45,722 nt of DNA from assembly GCA_963923415.1 (NCBI GenBank), contig CAWUMW010000001.1:1-45722 (forward strand). The letters are read 5' to 3'. Numbering within the stretch: position 1 is the stretch's first letter; each line of letters begins with the position of its first letter. The notes under the pieces were generated by a model. It had not been told where the DNA came from, ran no database searches, and saw nothing but the letters and a program-made list of their open reading frames with translations. The translations under genes were made by a program, and so were the position numbers. Origin of the DNA: an uncultured Hyphomicrobiales bacterium. GTDB taxonomy: Bacteria > Pseudomonadota > Alphaproteobacteria > Rhizobiales > Beijerinckiaceae. This document shows, piece after piece, positions 27,830 to 39,340 of the stretch.

Positions 27830-28591
27830 TTAAACGGGTGGGGGAAGGTTGCGTTCATAATAGATGGTTTCAAACCGCATGGTCATGGCATCGACCATTA
27901 ACAAACGCCCAACCAAATCTTCCCCGAACGGCGTAATGGTACGCACTGTTTCAAGCGCCATCAGTGAGCCCATTATACCCGCCAAAGCACCCAATACGCC
28001 TGCTTCTGCACAAGGGGCCACCGTCCCAGCAGGCGGCGGCTCTGGAAACAAACACCGATAGGTTGGATTCCAAACCCCTTGGGCATTTGTTTCATAGCCT
28101 TTGAGTGTGGTGAGTGTCGCATCAAAACGTCCCAAAGCCGCAGTGATCAGTGGACGTTTTAACGCAAGCGCTGCATCGGCAACTGCATAACGTGTTGCAA
28201 AATTATCTGATCCATCCGCCACCACATCATAGGCCTCTAATAACGGCATGATCGTTTGATCATCAATACGCTGGCTATGACAATGGACGTGTATCAGGGG
28301 ATTTAACGCCTGCACCCGCGCAGCAGCACTCTGTGTTTTGAGCTGTCCGATGGAAGGCGTATCGTGAATAATCTGACGCTGTAAATTCGATAAAGAAACC
28401 ACATCATCATCAACGATACCGATATGCCCAACCCCTGCAGCAGCCAGATACATTAATAAAGGGGCGCCCAAGCCCCCTGCTCCAATCACTAAGACACGTG
28501 CTTGTGCAAGACGCTGCTGCCCCATTCCCCCTATCTCTGGAAGAATGAGGTGGCGGGCATAACGCTCCAGCGCCTCCTCACTAAAGATCAT
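27830..28591 (-). CDS. ThiF/MoeB/HesA-family adenylyltransferase (molybdopterin-synthase adenylyltransferase-like)
   Basis: 253 aa. YARHLILPEIG, nucleotide loop VIGAGGLGAP, and CAEAGVLG. No rhodanese, JAB or E2 domain is attached. Confidence 0.85.
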   Translation of the reverse strand: MIFSEEALERYARHLILPEIGGMGQQRLAQARVLVIGAGGLGAPLLMYLAAAGVGHIGIVDDDVVSLSNLQRQIIHDTPSIGQLKTQSAAARVQALNPLIHVHCHSQRIDDQTIMPLLEAYDVVADGSDNFATRYAVADAALALKRPLITAALGRFDATLTTLKGYETNAQGVWNPTYRCLFPEPPPAGTVAPCAEAGVLGALAGIMGSLMALETVRTITPFGEDLVGRLLMVDAMTMRFETIYYERNLPPPV

Positions 28592-28617
28592 TCTGTATCA
28601 CCCTTTGGCAGGTGCGT

Positions 28618-29379
28618 TTAACCCCGCCCCACAAATGGCATTTTTGTGGCCATAACAGTAATGGTTTGCACATTCGCCTCTAAAGGCAAGCTTGCCATAT
28701 AGACCAAAGCATGCGCGACATGGCTTACATCCATGACAGGCTCAGGAGCAAGTGTGCCATTGGCTTGTGGAACGCCCGCACTCATAGCTGAGGTCATTGC
28801 AGAGGCAGCATTACCGATATCAATTTGCCCGCACGCAATATCATATTTACGGCCATCCAAAGAGGTTGATTTGGTTAAACCGCTGATCGCATGTTTGGTC
28901 GCAGCATAGCCAATTGAATTTGGACGCGGCGCATGTGCTGAAACCGAACCATTATTGATGATACGACCGCCGCGCGGGGACTGATCTTTCATCAAACGGA
29001 AGGCTTGCTGTGTGCAATAAAAAGCAGCGGATAAATTGGTGTTCACGATTGTCTGCCAATCGGTTACCGAAAGATCCTCTAACAAGACGCCGGGAGGATT
29101 ATTAACGCCCGCATTATTAAATAACACATCCAATCGGCCGAATTTTTTCTTGATCTCGGCAAACAGAGTTTCAACCTGTGCCGGATCGGTAATATCCGCT
29201 GCCATCGCATGGATTGATCCTTTTAAATCCTTACCGGCTGCGCATGTTTCTTCAAGGGCTGCAAGTCGGCGCCCTGTCACGATCACTTGATATCCTTCTT
29301 TAGCTAAGGCCAAAGCGCATGCACGCCCAACACCAGATCCAGCCCCTGTTATCAATGCAATTTTTGCAGCCATCGTCAT
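28618..29379 (-). CDS. Short-chain dehydrogenase/reductase (SDR)
   Basis: [10 protein letters not shown] (TGxxxGxG), NNAG, and catalytic YAATK (YxxxK). 253 aa. Confidence 0.9.
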   Translation of the reverse strand: MTMAAKIALITGAGSGVGRACALALAKEGYQVIVTGRRLAALEETCAAGKDLKGSIHAMAADITDPAQVETLFAEIKKKFGRLDVLFNNAGVNNPPGVLLEDLSVTDWQTIVNTNLSAAFYCTQQAFRLMKDQSPRGGRIINNGSVSAHAPRPNSIGYAATKHAISGLTKSTSLDGRKYDIACGQIDIGNAASAMTSAMSAGVPQANGTLAPEPVMDVSHVAHALVYMASLPLEANVQTITVMATKMPFVGRG

Positions 29380-29407
29380 GCTCGATATCCCTTTTTATCC
29401 CTTGACC

Positions 29408-31120
29408 TTAAGATGAGTGTTGCGGTGTTTTACGTAAAAAATCAAAATCACAACCTTGATCGGCTTGATTGACCGTCTTCAAATAAAGCGACAAATAACC
29501 CCGTTCGGCCCCCTGATGAGGCGGTGGAGCGCGATAGTTTAATTTGCGCTGTTCTAAGACCTGATCATCCACAAGCAGATTGAGACTGCGATTGGCCACA
29601 TCTAATTTGATCCGATCTCCCGTTTGCACCAAGCCCAAAGGACCGCCAATCGCTGCCTCCGGTGCAATATGTAAAACAATGGTTCCAAAAGCGGTCCCGG
29701 ACATGCGTGCATCTGATAGACGCACCATGTCTTTCACCCCTTGTTGGGCTAATTTGCGGGGGATCGGCAGATAGCCTGCTTCCGGCATTCCGGGTGCACC
29801 AACGGGCCCGGCATTCCGCAACACCAAAATATCATCGGCCGTGACATCAAGATTCGGATCATCCATGCGCGTGGTCATGTCTTCGACAGAGTCAAACACC
29901 ACAGCCCGCCCTTCATGCTGCATCAATTGCGCTGAGGCAGCAGATTGTTTGATAATCGCCCCACGGGGTGCAAGATTGCCATAAAGTACAGCCATCGCCC
30001 CTGAGGCTTGTAACGGATTAGCACGGGTACGAATAATCGTTTGGTTCGGTACCTCTTCGGCCATCGCAATAGCTGCAGACAAGGGTTCCCCCGTCACGGT
30101 CAAAGCCGTTCCATCAATCAAGTCACCCAATTCTTTTAAAAGTTTCGGCATGCCACCAGCCCAATGGAAATGTTCCATATAATGGGCACCCGAAGGTTTT
30201 AAATCGATCAAGGTTGGCACCGTCCGGCCTAACCGATCAAAAGCATCATAATCAATTTCAATCCCGAGCCGACCAGCCAAAGCCGCTAAATGCACCAAGC
30301 CATTGGTTGAACCACCAATGGCCTGCAACACAGTCAATGCATTATCAAAGGCTTTTTTGGTGAGGATGTCGCTAGGTTTTGGTCCACCGGATTTTGCCAT
30401 TGCGACCGCACGTGCGCCAGAGGCTTCGGCTGCGCGCAAACGGTCTGCATGCGTGGCCGGAATCGATCCTGTGCCGGGGAGGGTGATCCCCAGCGCCTCG
30501 GCAAGGCAGGCCATCGTACTGGCTGTGCCCATCACCATGCAGGTGCCATTGGTGGGCGCTAACCGGCCACTGACTACATCAATTTCTGCTTCATCCATTT
30601 GACCTGCGCGATGCAAAGCCCATAAGCGTCGGCAATCGGTACAGGCCCCCAATTCCTCGCCTTTATGATGACCGACCAGCATCGGACCAGTGATCAATAA
30701 CAGCGTCGGGACATTGGCACTTGCAGCCGCCATCAATTGTGCGGGGACGGTTTTGTCACAGCCGCTGATTAAAACCACCGCATCCATTGGCTGGGCACGG
30801 ATCATCTCTTCCGTATCCATCGCCATTAAATTGCGTAAAAACATTGAGGTTGGATTAGAAAAACTTTCATGAATAGAAATCGTCGGAAAAGCCATGGGCA
30901 AACCGCCTGCCAGCATGACCCCGCGTTTCACCGCTTCGATCAATTGAGGCACATTCCCATGACAAGGATTATAATCGCTGAATGTATCGGTAATACCGAT
31001 GATCGGACGATCCAACGCATCATCGGAAAAACCCATCGCCTTAATAAAAGCGCGCCGCAAGAACAACGAAAATCCGGGATCGCCATAGCTGGTTAATCCC
31101 TTCCGCATCCCTTTACTCAT
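29408..31120 (-). CDS. IlvD/Edd-family dehydratase, sugar-acid (pentonate) dehydratase-like subtype
   Basis: 570 aa. The N-terminus (GLTSYGDPGFSLFLRRAFIKAMGF...) and its length resemble the arabinonate/xylonate dehydratase branch rather than canonical IlvD. Fe-S cluster region SGCDKTVPA. Confidence 0.8.
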   Translation of the reverse strand: MSKGMRKGLTSYGDPGFSLFLRRAFIKAMGFSDDALDRPIIGITDTFSDYNPCHGNVPQLIEAVKRGVMLAGGLPMAFPTISIHESFSNPTSMFLRNLMAMDTEEMIRAQPMDAVVLISGCDKTVPAQLMAAASANVPTLLLITGPMLVGHHKGEELGACTDCRRLWALHRAGQMDEAEIDVVSGRLAPTNGTCMVMGTASTMACLAEALGITLPGTGSIPATHADRLRAAEASGARAVAMAKSGGPKPSDILTKKAFDNALTVLQAIGGSTNGLVHLAALAGRLGIEIDYDAFDRLGRTVPTLIDLKPSGAHYMEHFHWAGGMPKLLKELGDLIDGTALTVTGEPLSAAIAMAEEVPNQTIIRTRANPLQASGAMAVLYGNLAPRGAIIKQSAASAQLMQHEGRAVVFDSVEDMTTRMDDPNLDVTADDILVLRNAGPVGAPGMPEAGYLPIPRKLAQQGVKDMVRLSDARMSGTAFGTIVLHIAPEAAIGGPLGLVQTGDRIKLDVANRSLNLLVDDQVLEQRKLNYRAPPPHQGAERGYLSLYLKTVNQADQGCDFDFLRKTPQHSS

Positions 31121-31290
31121 GATTGACCCTTTGTTTCCGAGCGATAGAACGGCACATAAGGGCCAGACAACCGCTTATTCCCTATTACTGACAGGATTGA
31201 TCCCATAACTTTCTTGCCGATGATTCTAGCAGACTCTGGGCGTGCTGCCCATCCCTTCCTGTCATGCAGGCTGGTGCGCTAGCGCATAGC

Positions 31291-31314
31291 AAAAGGCCGG
31301 ATGATCCGGCCTTT
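31291..31314 (-). terminator. Intrinsic terminator after the phosphomannomutase gene
   Basis: Minus strand reads AAAGGCCGGA-TCA-TCCGGCCTTTT, 26 nt after the stop. It separates this gene from the dehydratase gene. Confidence 0.7.
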
Positions 31315-31339
31315 CCTTGATGTGTGAAATTTTTATGAC

Positions 31340-32845
31340 TTAATCGGGCAAGGTCTGATTATAGGCGCCGACACTGGGCTCCTGCCGCAACAGCGCATCT
31401 AACGAGTCAAACATCATGCGCATGCGTTGTTTAGAAACGGGGCTTTCAACCACCACAACCAATTCCGGCTTGTTTGAAGACGCGCGCACCAATCCCCATG
31501 TGCCATCCTCAACACTGACCCGAACCCCATTGACCGTCACCACGTTCGTAATCGACTGCCCGGCAATTTTTTCACCTTTGGCATGCATGGTCTTAATTTT
31601 TTCTACAATCCGGTCAACGACATCATATTTGATTTCATCCGGACAATGGGGGGCCATGGTCGGCGAGCCATAGGTGACCGGCAAGGCCCGATATAAATCG
31701 GCCATTGTCTTATCGGGATTACGATCCAGCATATCAAGAACACATAATGCCGTGACCAAGCCATCATCATATCCACGCCCAATCGGCTGGTTGAAAAAGA
31801 AGTGACCTGATTTTTCAAATCCCGCCAAGGCTTTCAAATCTGTGACGCGACGTTTGATATAAGAATGGCCGGTCTTCCAAAAATCTGTTTTGACACCATT
31901 GGCGATCAATACCGGATCGGTTGCAAATAAGCCCGTTGATTTAACATCGGCAATAAATACGCTGTTTTTGTGCAATGCAGAGAGATCACGCGCCAGCATC
32001 ACGCCAATTTTATCGGCAAAAATTTCATGCCCTTCATTATCAACGACCCCGCAGCGATCCCCATCACCATCAAAGCCCAAAGCCACATCAGCGCCGGTCT
32101 GTTTCACACGATCCGCCATAGCATGCAGCATTTTCATGTCTTCTGGATTCGGATTGTAATTTGGGAAGGTAAAATCAGGTTGCGTATCCATTTCTATGAG
32201 GTCGACGCCTAGAGCCCGCAAAATCTGCGGAGCAAAGGCACCTGCCGTTCCATTGCCGCACGCCGCAATCGCTTTTATTTTCCGTTTAAAAGGTTTGCGA
32301 TTTGTAAGATCCTTGATGTAGCGCGCGCTAAAATTCTCAACAAAATGATAAGAGCCGCCCGCCTCCGCTTTATAAGTGCCAGACAAAACAATATCGCGTA
32401 ATTGCCCCATTTCATCTGGACCAAAGGTGACGGGCCGCTGCGCACCCATTTTAACACCCGTCCAGCCATTATCATTGTGAGAGGCTGTCACCATTGCGAC
32501 ACAGGGCACATCCAGTTCAAACTGAGCAAAATAAGCCATAGGGGACATGGCCAAGCCGATGTCATGCACTTTGCACCCCGCATTCATCAGGCCCGAAACC
32601 AGCGCAAGTTTAATCGCTTGCGAATAGGCCCGATAATCATGCCCCACGACAATTTCCGGCTTCACACCTAATTGACGGATCAATGTTCCAAGCCCCATCC
32701 CCAGCGCTTGGATTCCCATCAGATTGATTTCTTTTTCAAAATACCAGCGCGCATCATATTCCCGGAAGCCGGTCGGCTTGACCAAGGGCGTATTTTCATA
32801 AGCAGCGGTATTATGGGTTAAGGCAGCAACGGGAATAGGAAACAT
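31340..32845 (-). CDS. Phosphomannomutase/phosphoglucomutase (alpha-D-phosphohexomutase family)
   Basis: 501 aa. Active-site TASHNDNGWTG, metal loop GFDGDGDRCG, and sugar loop GFEKSGH. Confidence 0.9.
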   Translation of the reverse strand: MFPIPVAALTHNTAAYENTPLVKPTGFREYDARWYFEKEINLMGIQALGMGLGTLIRQLGVKPEIVVGHDYRAYSQAIKLALVSGLMNAGCKVHDIGLAMSPMAYFAQFELDVPCVAMVTASHNDNGWTGVKMGAQRPVTFGPDEMGQLRDIVLSGTYKAEAGGSYHFVENFSARYIKDLTNRKPFKRKIKAIAACGNGTAGAFAPQILRALGVDLIEMDTQPDFTFPNYNPNPEDMKMLHAMADRVKQTGADVALGFDGDGDRCGVVDNEGHEIFADKIGVMLARDLSALHKNSVFIADVKSTGLFATDPVLIANGVKTDFWKTGHSYIKRRVTDLKALAGFEKSGHFFFNQPIGRGYDDGLVTALCVLDMLDRNPDKTMADLYRALPVTYGSPTMAPHCPDEIKYDVVDRIVEKIKTMHAKGEKIAGQSITNVVTVNGVRVSVEDGTWGLVRASSNKPELVVVVESPVSKQRMRMMFDSLDALLRQEPSVGAYNQTLPD

Positions 32846-32956
32846 TGAAATTCCTCAGGGTTTAAAACAGGCCTGATAGGGTTTATGCGCAGATGCGCCT
32901 TAACACAGAATGAACAAAGACCGCCTAAGCTATTTTAAAATGAGCAAACAGGCCCT

Positions 32957-34594
32957 TTAGGTAAGAGTATGATGCTCAAACGCCGCCGCAAACAACGCTT
33001 TCGTATAGGGATTTTGAGGGTTTTTCAGCAGCGTTTTGGTTAAACCCGCCTCGACGACCTCGCCCCCCTTCAAAACTATAATTTGATGCGCAAGCGCCCG
33101 AACCACTTTCAAATCATGGCTAATAAACAAAAAAGCCATTTCGCGGCGTTTTTGGATGTCGCGTAACAAAGTCACAATTTGAGCTTGAACCGACATATCC
33201 AGCGCCGATGTCGGCTCATCCAGAACAATCAGTTTCGGATTAAGGGCAATTGCACGAGCGATGGCGATGCGTTGGCGTTGACCGCCGGAAAATTCATGCG
33301 GATAGCGATCCATCGTCAGGGGATCAAGGCCGACATCCACCATTGCCCGGGCGGCCCTTTCGCGCCGTTCGGATAAAGGGGGCGGGGAAGCCATCACTTC
33401 AAAGCCCTCGGTAATAATATCTGCGACCGAAAGACGGGGCGAGAGCGCTCCAAAAGGATCTTGGAAAACAATTTGTATCTGCTGGCGATAGGGACGCATG
33501 CCTTGCGTGCTTAAGCCGTCAAGCCGCTCGCCCAAATAAAGGATTTGTCCGTCTGCCTCGGTCAAACGTAACAGCGCCAATCCTAAGGTTGATTTTCCCG
33601 ATCCTGACTCACCCACTAAGCCGACCGTTTCTCCCGCCCTGATCGAAAGAGAGACATCATTGACGGCCTTCACATGACCCACGATTTTACGCCAAAAGCC
33701 CTGACGGATCGGAAACCACACTTTGATATGATCGGCCTGAATAACAACGGGCGCATCGGCAGAAGGAACCAACGGCTCCCCACTTGGCTCAGCCTGTAAA
33801 AGACTTTGCGTATAAGAATGGTTTGGCCGGCTAAAGACATCATGCACTGGCCCTTGTTCAACAATGTGTCCAGCCTGCATCACAGCGACATGATCGGCAA
33901 ATTTACGAACAATGCCCAAATCATGCGTGATAAACAGCATGGCCATGCCACGGGCTTTTTGAATTTGCTCAAGCAAAGCAAGGATCTGCGCTTGGACCGT
34001 AACATCAAGCGCTGTTGTTGGCTCATCGGCGATCAGAAGATCCGGTTCATTGGCCAAGGCCATGGCGATCATCACACGTTGGCGCTGACCCCCTGACAAT
34101 TGATGTGGATAGGCTTGTAAGCGTTGCTCCGCATTTTGTAGACCGACTTCCTGCAATAAATCGAGAATACGCTTTCGCGCCGCGTCTCCTGTGATATTTT
34201 TATGCAACAGAAGAATTTCACCAATTTGTTTTTCAATTGTATGGAGCGGATTGAGCGAGGTCATCGGCTCTTGAAAAATCATCGTTACGGCTTGTCCGCG
34301 GATGGCGCGTAAAGTGTCCGTATCAGCTTGGATCAGATCTGTTCCCTTGAAATAAACCTGACCACTGACCCGCGCTGCGACAGGATCCAACAATCCAAGA
34401 ATAGACAAGGCCGTGACAGATTTTCCTGATCCAGATTCCCCAACAAGCGCCAAGGTTTGACCGCGTTCGAGATGAAAACTGATGGCTTTTACAGCATGGG
34501 TTTCTTGGCCCGCTTGCTTAAAGCGAACAGTGAGGTCTTTAACCCGAAGTAAAGGTGCAGAGGATGGGGCGTTATCTTGCATGATCGCGCTCAC
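32957..34594 (-). CDS. yejF: Peptide/microcin-type ABC transporter, fused double ATP-binding protein (YejF-like)
   Basis: 545 aa. Two Walker A motifs (GESGSGKS twice), two signatures ([16 protein letters not shown]) and two Walker B motifs. GTGA overlap with the yejE stop; an alternative ATG is at 34582. Confidence 0.85.
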   Translation of the reverse strand: MSAIMQDNAPSSAPLLRVKDLTVRFKQAGQETHAVKAISFHLERGQTLALVGESGSGKSVTALSILGLLDPVAARVSGQVYFKGTDLIQADTDTLRAIRGQAVTMIFQEPMTSLNPLHTIEKQIGEILLLHKNITGDAARKRILDLLQEVGLQNAEQRLQAYPHQLSGGQRQRVMIAMALANEPDLLIADEPTTALDVTVQAQILALLEQIQKARGMAMLFITHDLGIVRKFADHVAVMQAGHIVEQGPVHDVFSRPNHSYTQSLLQAEPSGEPLVPSADAPVVIQADHIKVWFPIRQGFWRKIVGHVKAVNDVSLSIRAGETVGLVGESGSGKSTLGLALLRLTEADGQILYLGERLDGLSTQGMRPYRQQIQIVFQDPFGALSPRLSVADIITEGFEVMASPPPLSERRERAARAMVDVGLDPLTMDRYPHEFSGGQRQRIAIARAIALNPKLIVLDEPTSALDMSVQAQIVTLLRDIQKRREMAFLFISHDLKVVRALAHQIIVLKGGEVVEAGLTKTLLKNPQNPYTKALFAAAFEHHTLT

Positions 34595-35733
34595 CGAAAT
34601 GTCTTGCGTGGATCAAAGGCATCGCGGACAGCCTCACCAATAAAAATCAGCAAAGACAGCATCACAGCGATCACGCAAAATCCTGTTAAGCCAAGCCAAG
34701 GCGCATTTAAATTACTTTTGCCTTGCAGCAATAATTCACCTAATGACGCAGTACCGGGTGGTAAGCCAAAGCCTAGAAAATCAAGAGAGGTGAGCGTAGT
34801 AATCGACCCGTTCAAAACAAAAGGGAGAAAAGTCAACGTTGCCACCATTGCATTAGGCAACACATGCTTTGTCATGATTTTTAAATCACTCAGGCCCAAA
34901 GCTTTGGCTGCTTTTACATAATCAAAATTTCTCGTTCTCAGAAATTCAGCCCGCACGACATGCACCAACGAGACCCAAGAAAAAAGCAATAAAATAAACA
35001 ACAGCACAAAAAATGACGGTTCAAAAAAATTCGATAAAATCATCAGCAAATAGAGCGTAGGGATCGCTGACCATATTTCAATAAATCGCTGCATATAAAG
35101 ATCAAGCCGACCACCAAAATATCCCTGCAAAGCCCCCGCCGCAATACCCACTGCTGATGAAATACCCGCTAACGCCAATCCAAATAAAACCGAGATTCTA
35201 AAACCATAAATCACACGTGCAAGAACATCTCGACCGCCATCATCCGTGCCAAGCCAATTCCATTCTAAATCCTGACACCCAGTGCCTCCCTTTTTCTCAG
35301 CCACTGGCTTACAGACAGAATCAGGCAGCAAATAGGTTGGGGGAGCGGGCGCAGGAACGGGCAGTTCAAGATTAATCGTATTCGGTGCGAAACGGATGAG
35401 AGGCCAAATAGCAAATCCATGATCAGCAATTTCTTTGGCGATAACCGGATCTCTATAATCTGTAACAGCTAAGAACCCACCAAAAACCTCTTCGGGATAA
35501 GTAACAAAGACCGGGAAATAATGCTGGCTCTTATAATGAACATAAAGCGGTTTATCGTTGCAGATAAATTCCGCAAACAGTGTTGTAAAAAACAACACAA
35601 GAAAAATCCAAAAGGACCAGTATCCTCGCTGGTTGGATTTAAAATTATCCAACCGACGCTGATTGATGGGCGAGAGGCTGAAAAGCCCTCGTTTTGGAAT
35701 TGGCGGTGCGAGGTTTGTGGTTTGAGAGGACAT
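34591..35733 (-). CDS. yejE: ABC transporter permease (YejE-like)
   Basis: Trimmed to the ATG at 35733, since the track start is TTG. BPD-type permease with a long periplasmic loop. Lies between yejB and yejF. Confidence 0.8.
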   Translation of the reverse strand: MSSQTTNLAPPIPKRGLFSLSPINQRRLDNFKSNQRGYWSFWIFLVLFFTTLFAEFICNDKPLYVHYKSQHYFPVFVTYPEEVFGGFLAVTDYRDPVIAKEIADHGFAIWPLIRFAPNTINLELPVPAPAPPTYLLPDSVCKPVAEKKGGTGCQDLEWNWLGTDDGGRDVLARVIYGFRISVLFGLALAGISSAVGIAAGALQGYFGGRLDLYMQRFIEIWSAIPTLYLLMILSNFFEPSFFVLLFILLLFSWVSLVHVVRAEFLRTRNFDYVKAAKALGLSDLKIMTKHVLPNAMVATLTFLPFVLNGSITTLTSLDFLGFGLPPGTASLGELLLQGKSNLNAPWLGLTGFCVIAVMLSLLIFIGEAVRDAFDPRKTFR

Positions 35734-35735
35734 AA

Positions 35736-36845
35736 TCAACGACCCTCAAAATCAATGCGCGGATCAATCACCATATAAATTAAATCAGAAATCAAATTTA
35801 CGAAAAGTCCCAACAAGGAAAAAATATAAAGATTTGCAAAGACCACCGGATAATCACGATTAATGATGCTTTCGAAACTGAGCAATCCTAATCCATCCAG
35901 AGAAAAAACGGTTTCAATCAGCAAGGAGCCGGTAAAAAATGCATGGATGAATGCAGCTGGAAATCCGGCAATGACAATCATCATCGCATTCCGAAACACA
36001 TGCCCATATAAGACATCGCGTTCACTCAGTCCCTTCATGCGCGCTGTCAAAACATATTGCTTTTTGATTTCATCAAGAAATGAATTTTTAGTCAAAAGTG
36101 TTGAGGTTGCAAATGCTCCCAAGGCCATTGCTAAAATGGGTAATGCAATATGATGGAGATAATCAATTATTTTTCCAAACCAAGACAAAGTTGCAAACTG
36201 TTCTGAAACCAAACCCCGTAAGGGGAAAAGGGGCAGAAAGGATGACCCTTGCCCAAACAACACAATCAACAAAATTGCAAATAAAAATCCTGGAATTGCA
36301 TATCCAATAATAATGATTGCCGAGCTCCATATATCAAAACGTGATCCATCATGCATTGCTTTACGAATCCCTAGCGGGATCGATATGCCATAAGAGAGCA
36401 GGGTCATCCAAAGACCGAGTGAAATGGAAACCGGTAGTTTTTCCTTGATCAAATCTAATACGGAAATATCGCGAAAATAACTTTTACCAAAATCAAAGCG
36501 CGCATAATTGATCAACATCATAAAAAACCGCTCATGGGCCGGCTTATCAAATCCAAATTGCATTTCAAGCTGTTTAATAAATTTTGGATCTAATCCTTGC
36601 GCCCCGCGATATTGACTGCCTGCAGCCTCACCCCCTGCCATCGGCATCCCCGCTTGGCTTTGCGCCAAATCACCTGCCCCGCCGGTAAAGCGCGATGTTG
36701 CAGACACATCATTCCCTTGCAATTGGGCTAACACCCGTTCAATCGGTCCACCCGGTGCAAATTGCACAATCACAAACGAGATCAGCATAATTCCAAACAG
36801 CGTTGGAATCATCAGCAGTAAGCGGCGGACGATATAGGCAAACAT
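35736..36845 (-). CDS. yejB: ABC transporter permease (YejB-like)
   Basis: 369 aa starting [19 protein letters not shown], typical of DppB/OppB/YejB permeases. Confidence 0.85.
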   Translation of the reverse strand: MFAYIVRRLLLMIPTLFGIMLISFVIVQFAPGGPIERVLAQLQGNDVSATSRFTGGAGDLAQSQAGMPMAGGEAAGSQYRGAQGLDPKFIKQLEMQFGFDKPAHERFFMMLINYARFDFGKSYFRDISVLDLIKEKLPVSISLGLWMTLLSYGISIPLGIRKAMHDGSRFDIWSSAIIIIGYAIPGFLFAILLIVLFGQGSSFLPLFPLRGLVSEQFATLSWFGKIIDYLHHIALPILAMALGAFATSTLLTKNSFLDEIKKQYVLTARMKGLSERDVLYGHVFRNAMMIVIAGFPAAFIHAFFTGSLLIETVFSLDGLGLLSFESIINRDYPVVFANLYIFSLLGLFVNLISDLIYMVIDPRIDFEGR

Positions 36846-36848
36846 GTC

Positions 36849-38699
36849 TTAACCGCCTCGTTTAATGCGTGCGGCCCGCTCCGGCACAAACCACCATAGT
36901 GTCGGAAAGGCTGAAGCCCCATAGAGCGGTAATTTTTCTGGCCGATCAAACCGATCCCACCGGGCGGTGCGTTCAAAATTATAGGTCCATTGCGGAACCA
37001 CATAATCATTGGCCAATAAGACACGATCCAATGCGCGTGTTGCAGCAATTTGCTCGTCGCGACTTTTTGCCATGACGATCATTTCAATTAATCGATCAAT
37101 GGCTTTGTTCTTGATCCCTGCCGTATTGCGAGAACCATGGCGATCGGCAGAGAGTGAGCCCCAATATTCACGCTGTTCATTCCCGGGAGACAGAGACTGT
37201 GCCCACAAATCGGTTGTCACATCAAAATCAAAATCGCGCATACGATTTTCATATTGCGAGGCATCAACAATTTTAACACTGACCCCAATGCCTAAGCGTT
37301 CGAGCGAGGGCTTTAGAAACAGCAGCACGCGTTCAAAGCTTGTATCATAGGCTAATAATTCAATACGAAAGGCTTGGCCCGCAGGGGTCAGTCGTTTGCC
37401 GTCTTTAACGAGAAACCCAGCCTCGCGTAACAGCCGATCCGCTTCCCGCAAATTATTTCGAACAGCATCCGGTGTACCAGCAACTGGATTTTCATAAGCG
37501 GTTGTGAAAAGTTGTGCCGGGACGAGATCTTTCAAACTTTCTAAAATTTCTTTTTCTCGCCCTTGCGGCACCCCTTGCGAGGCTAAATCCGTTCCTTCAA
37601 AAAAACTTTTGATGCGCGTATATTGCCCATAAAAAACTGTCTTGTTCATCTCCTCAAAATCAAAGGCCAGATTAAAGGCGCGCCGAACGCGTTGATCTTT
37701 AAAAGCCTCGCGCCGCAAATTAAAAACAAAAGCCTGCATGCGTCCTGAGGCGCGCTGCGGAAATTCTTCGCGAATGATTTTTCCGTCTCTGACTGCAGGC
37801 ACATCATAGGCGGTTGCCCAATTTTTTGCGCTATTTTCAAATCGCACATCAATTTGATCACCTTTGAATGCTTCCAACAACACGGTTGTGTCACGGAAAT
37901 AATCAAAGCGCTGTTCTTGAAAATTATTGTGCCCAATCCGAACCGGTAAGCCTGCACCCCAATAGTTGGCAACGCGCTCATAAACGACTGTATGCGGAGC
38001 ATCAGCTGTTTTTAATTGATAGGGTCCCGAACCAATCGGCGGCAATAAGGTTGTCTGGGTAATATCGCGTGGTTTTCCATCCGGTCCCTGCGCAGTCCAT
38101 ATATGTTTTGGTAAAACTAAAAACTGGCCGACAATCTGTGGCAATTCCCGATTACCGGGCTCATCAAAATAAAAGGTTATCTCGCGCTCACCTGTTTTTT
38201 CAGCCTGCCGAACATGCGCATAATAAAACGCATATTGTGGACTATTGGTTTTAAAAGCTTGAAAGGAAAAGATCACATCCTCTGGTGTTACCGGTTGGCC
38301 ATCTTGCCAGCGTGCTTCTTTTCGTAACCGATAGGTAACGGAGGAATAATCCGCTGCTACCCGCATGGCTTCTGCTAACAAACCATAACTGGTCATTACC
38401 TCATCTTGTGATGAAACTGTCAGGGTTTCATAAACCAAGGAAAGGCCCGCGGCCAATTGTCCTTTAATGCCTGCAACCACAGGGTTGAAATTATCAAATC
38501 CACCTTGCGCACCCATTCGAACCACACCCCCAATCGGTGCCGATGGATTGACATAATCAAAATGTTTAAAGCCTGCGTCATAACGTGGTTTTTCTAATAA
38601 AGAGAGCGCATGCTGCCAGTCTTGGCTAAAAGCTGCCTTTGCACCCGCCATCAAAAAGAGAGACAGACTAAAAAGTAAAAGCCGGGTTGAGCCTTTCAT
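36849..38699 (-). CDS. yejA: Extracellular solute-binding protein family 5 (YejA-like)
   Basis: 616 aa with a signal peptide (LLLFSLSLFLMAGAKAAFS). Its large size and position ahead of yejB-yejE-yejF fit YejA. Confidence 0.8.
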   Translation of the reverse strand: MKGSTRLLLFSLSLFLMAGAKAAFSQDWQHALSLLEKPRYDAGFKHFDYVNPSAPIGGVVRMGAQGGFDNFNPVVAGIKGQLAAGLSLVYETLTVSSQDEVMTSYGLLAEAMRVAADYSSVTYRLRKEARWQDGQPVTPEDVIFSFQAFKTNSPQYAFYYAHVRQAEKTGEREITFYFDEPGNRELPQIVGQFLVLPKHIWTAQGPDGKPRDITQTTLLPPIGSGPYQLKTADAPHTVVYERVANYWGAGLPVRIGHNNFQEQRFDYFRDTTVLLEAFKGDQIDVRFENSAKNWATAYDVPAVRDGKIIREEFPQRASGRMQAFVFNLRREAFKDQRVRRAFNLAFDFEEMNKTVFYGQYTRIKSFFEGTDLASQGVPQGREKEILESLKDLVPAQLFTTAYENPVAGTPDAVRNNLREADRLLREAGFLVKDGKRLTPAGQAFRIELLAYDTSFERVLLFLKPSLERLGIGVSVKIVDASQYENRMRDFDFDVTTDLWAQSLSPGNEQREYWGSLSADRHGSRNTAGIKNKAIDRLIEMIVMAKSRDEQIAATRALDRVLLANDYVVPQWTYNFERTARWDRFDRPEKLPLYGASAFPTLWWFVPERAARIKRGG

Positions 38700-38726
38700 C
38701 GCTTCTCTCTCCTGTCCATCAAGTAG

Positions 38727-39329
38727 CTAGACGGCTGTGCGCTGCCGAATGGCGGCATGCAAGGTGCCTTCATCAAGATAATCAAGTTCACCGCCCACCG
38801 GCACGCCATGGGCCAAACGTGTCACAGTCAAAGAATATGAGCTTAATAGATCGGTGATGTAATGTGCTGTGGTTTGTCCATCAACAGTTGCATTCAAGGC
38901 CAAGATTACTTCTTGAACCTGTCCGTCATTCACGCGTTTGATCAAACCTTCAATGGTTAAATCTTTTGGGCCGACATTATCCAAAGCTGATAAAACACCA
39001 CCTAACACGTGATAGCGACCTGTGGTCACTTGCGCACGCTCCAATGCCCATAAATCAGCGACATCTGCAACAACGACAATCAAACTTTCATCGCGGCGTG
39101 GATCATTGCACAGCGTACAGGGATTTTGCGTGTCAATATTGCCGCATTCTGAACAGGTGATAATCCGTTCATAGGCAACAGACATCGCATCACCTAAAGG
39201 CTTTAATAAGGCTTCGCGTTTTTTAACAAGATGCAAAGCAGCCCGCCGCGCCGAACGCGGACCCAAGCCCGGAACACGCGCCAAGAGCTGGATCAATCGT
39301 TCAATTTCTGGTCCGGTTACGGCTGCCAT
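38727..39329 (-). CDS. recR: Recombination protein RecR
   Basis: 200 aa. HhH motif ([11 protein letters not shown]), C4 zinc finger [16 protein letters not shown], and a Toprim domain. Confidence 0.96.
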   Translation of the reverse strand: MAAVTGPEIERLIQLLARVPGLGPRSARRAALHLVKKREALLKPLGDAMSVAYERIITCSECGNIDTQNPCTLCNDPRRDESLIVVVADVADLWALERAQVTTGRYHVLGGVLSALDNVGPKDLTIEGLIKRVNDGQVQEVILALNATVDGQTTAHYITDLLSSYSLTVTRLAHGVPVGGELDYLDEGTLHAAIRQRTAV

Positions 39330-39340
39330 AAAGAACCCGT

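Noticed and set aside
27830-28591. ThiF/MoeB-like E1 as part of a ubiquitin-like or CBASS/Bil-type defence module.
   Set aside because: It is a 253-aa single-domain protein of housekeeping MoeB size. No E2, JAB/deubiquitinase, ubiquitin-like or effector gene is adjacent.
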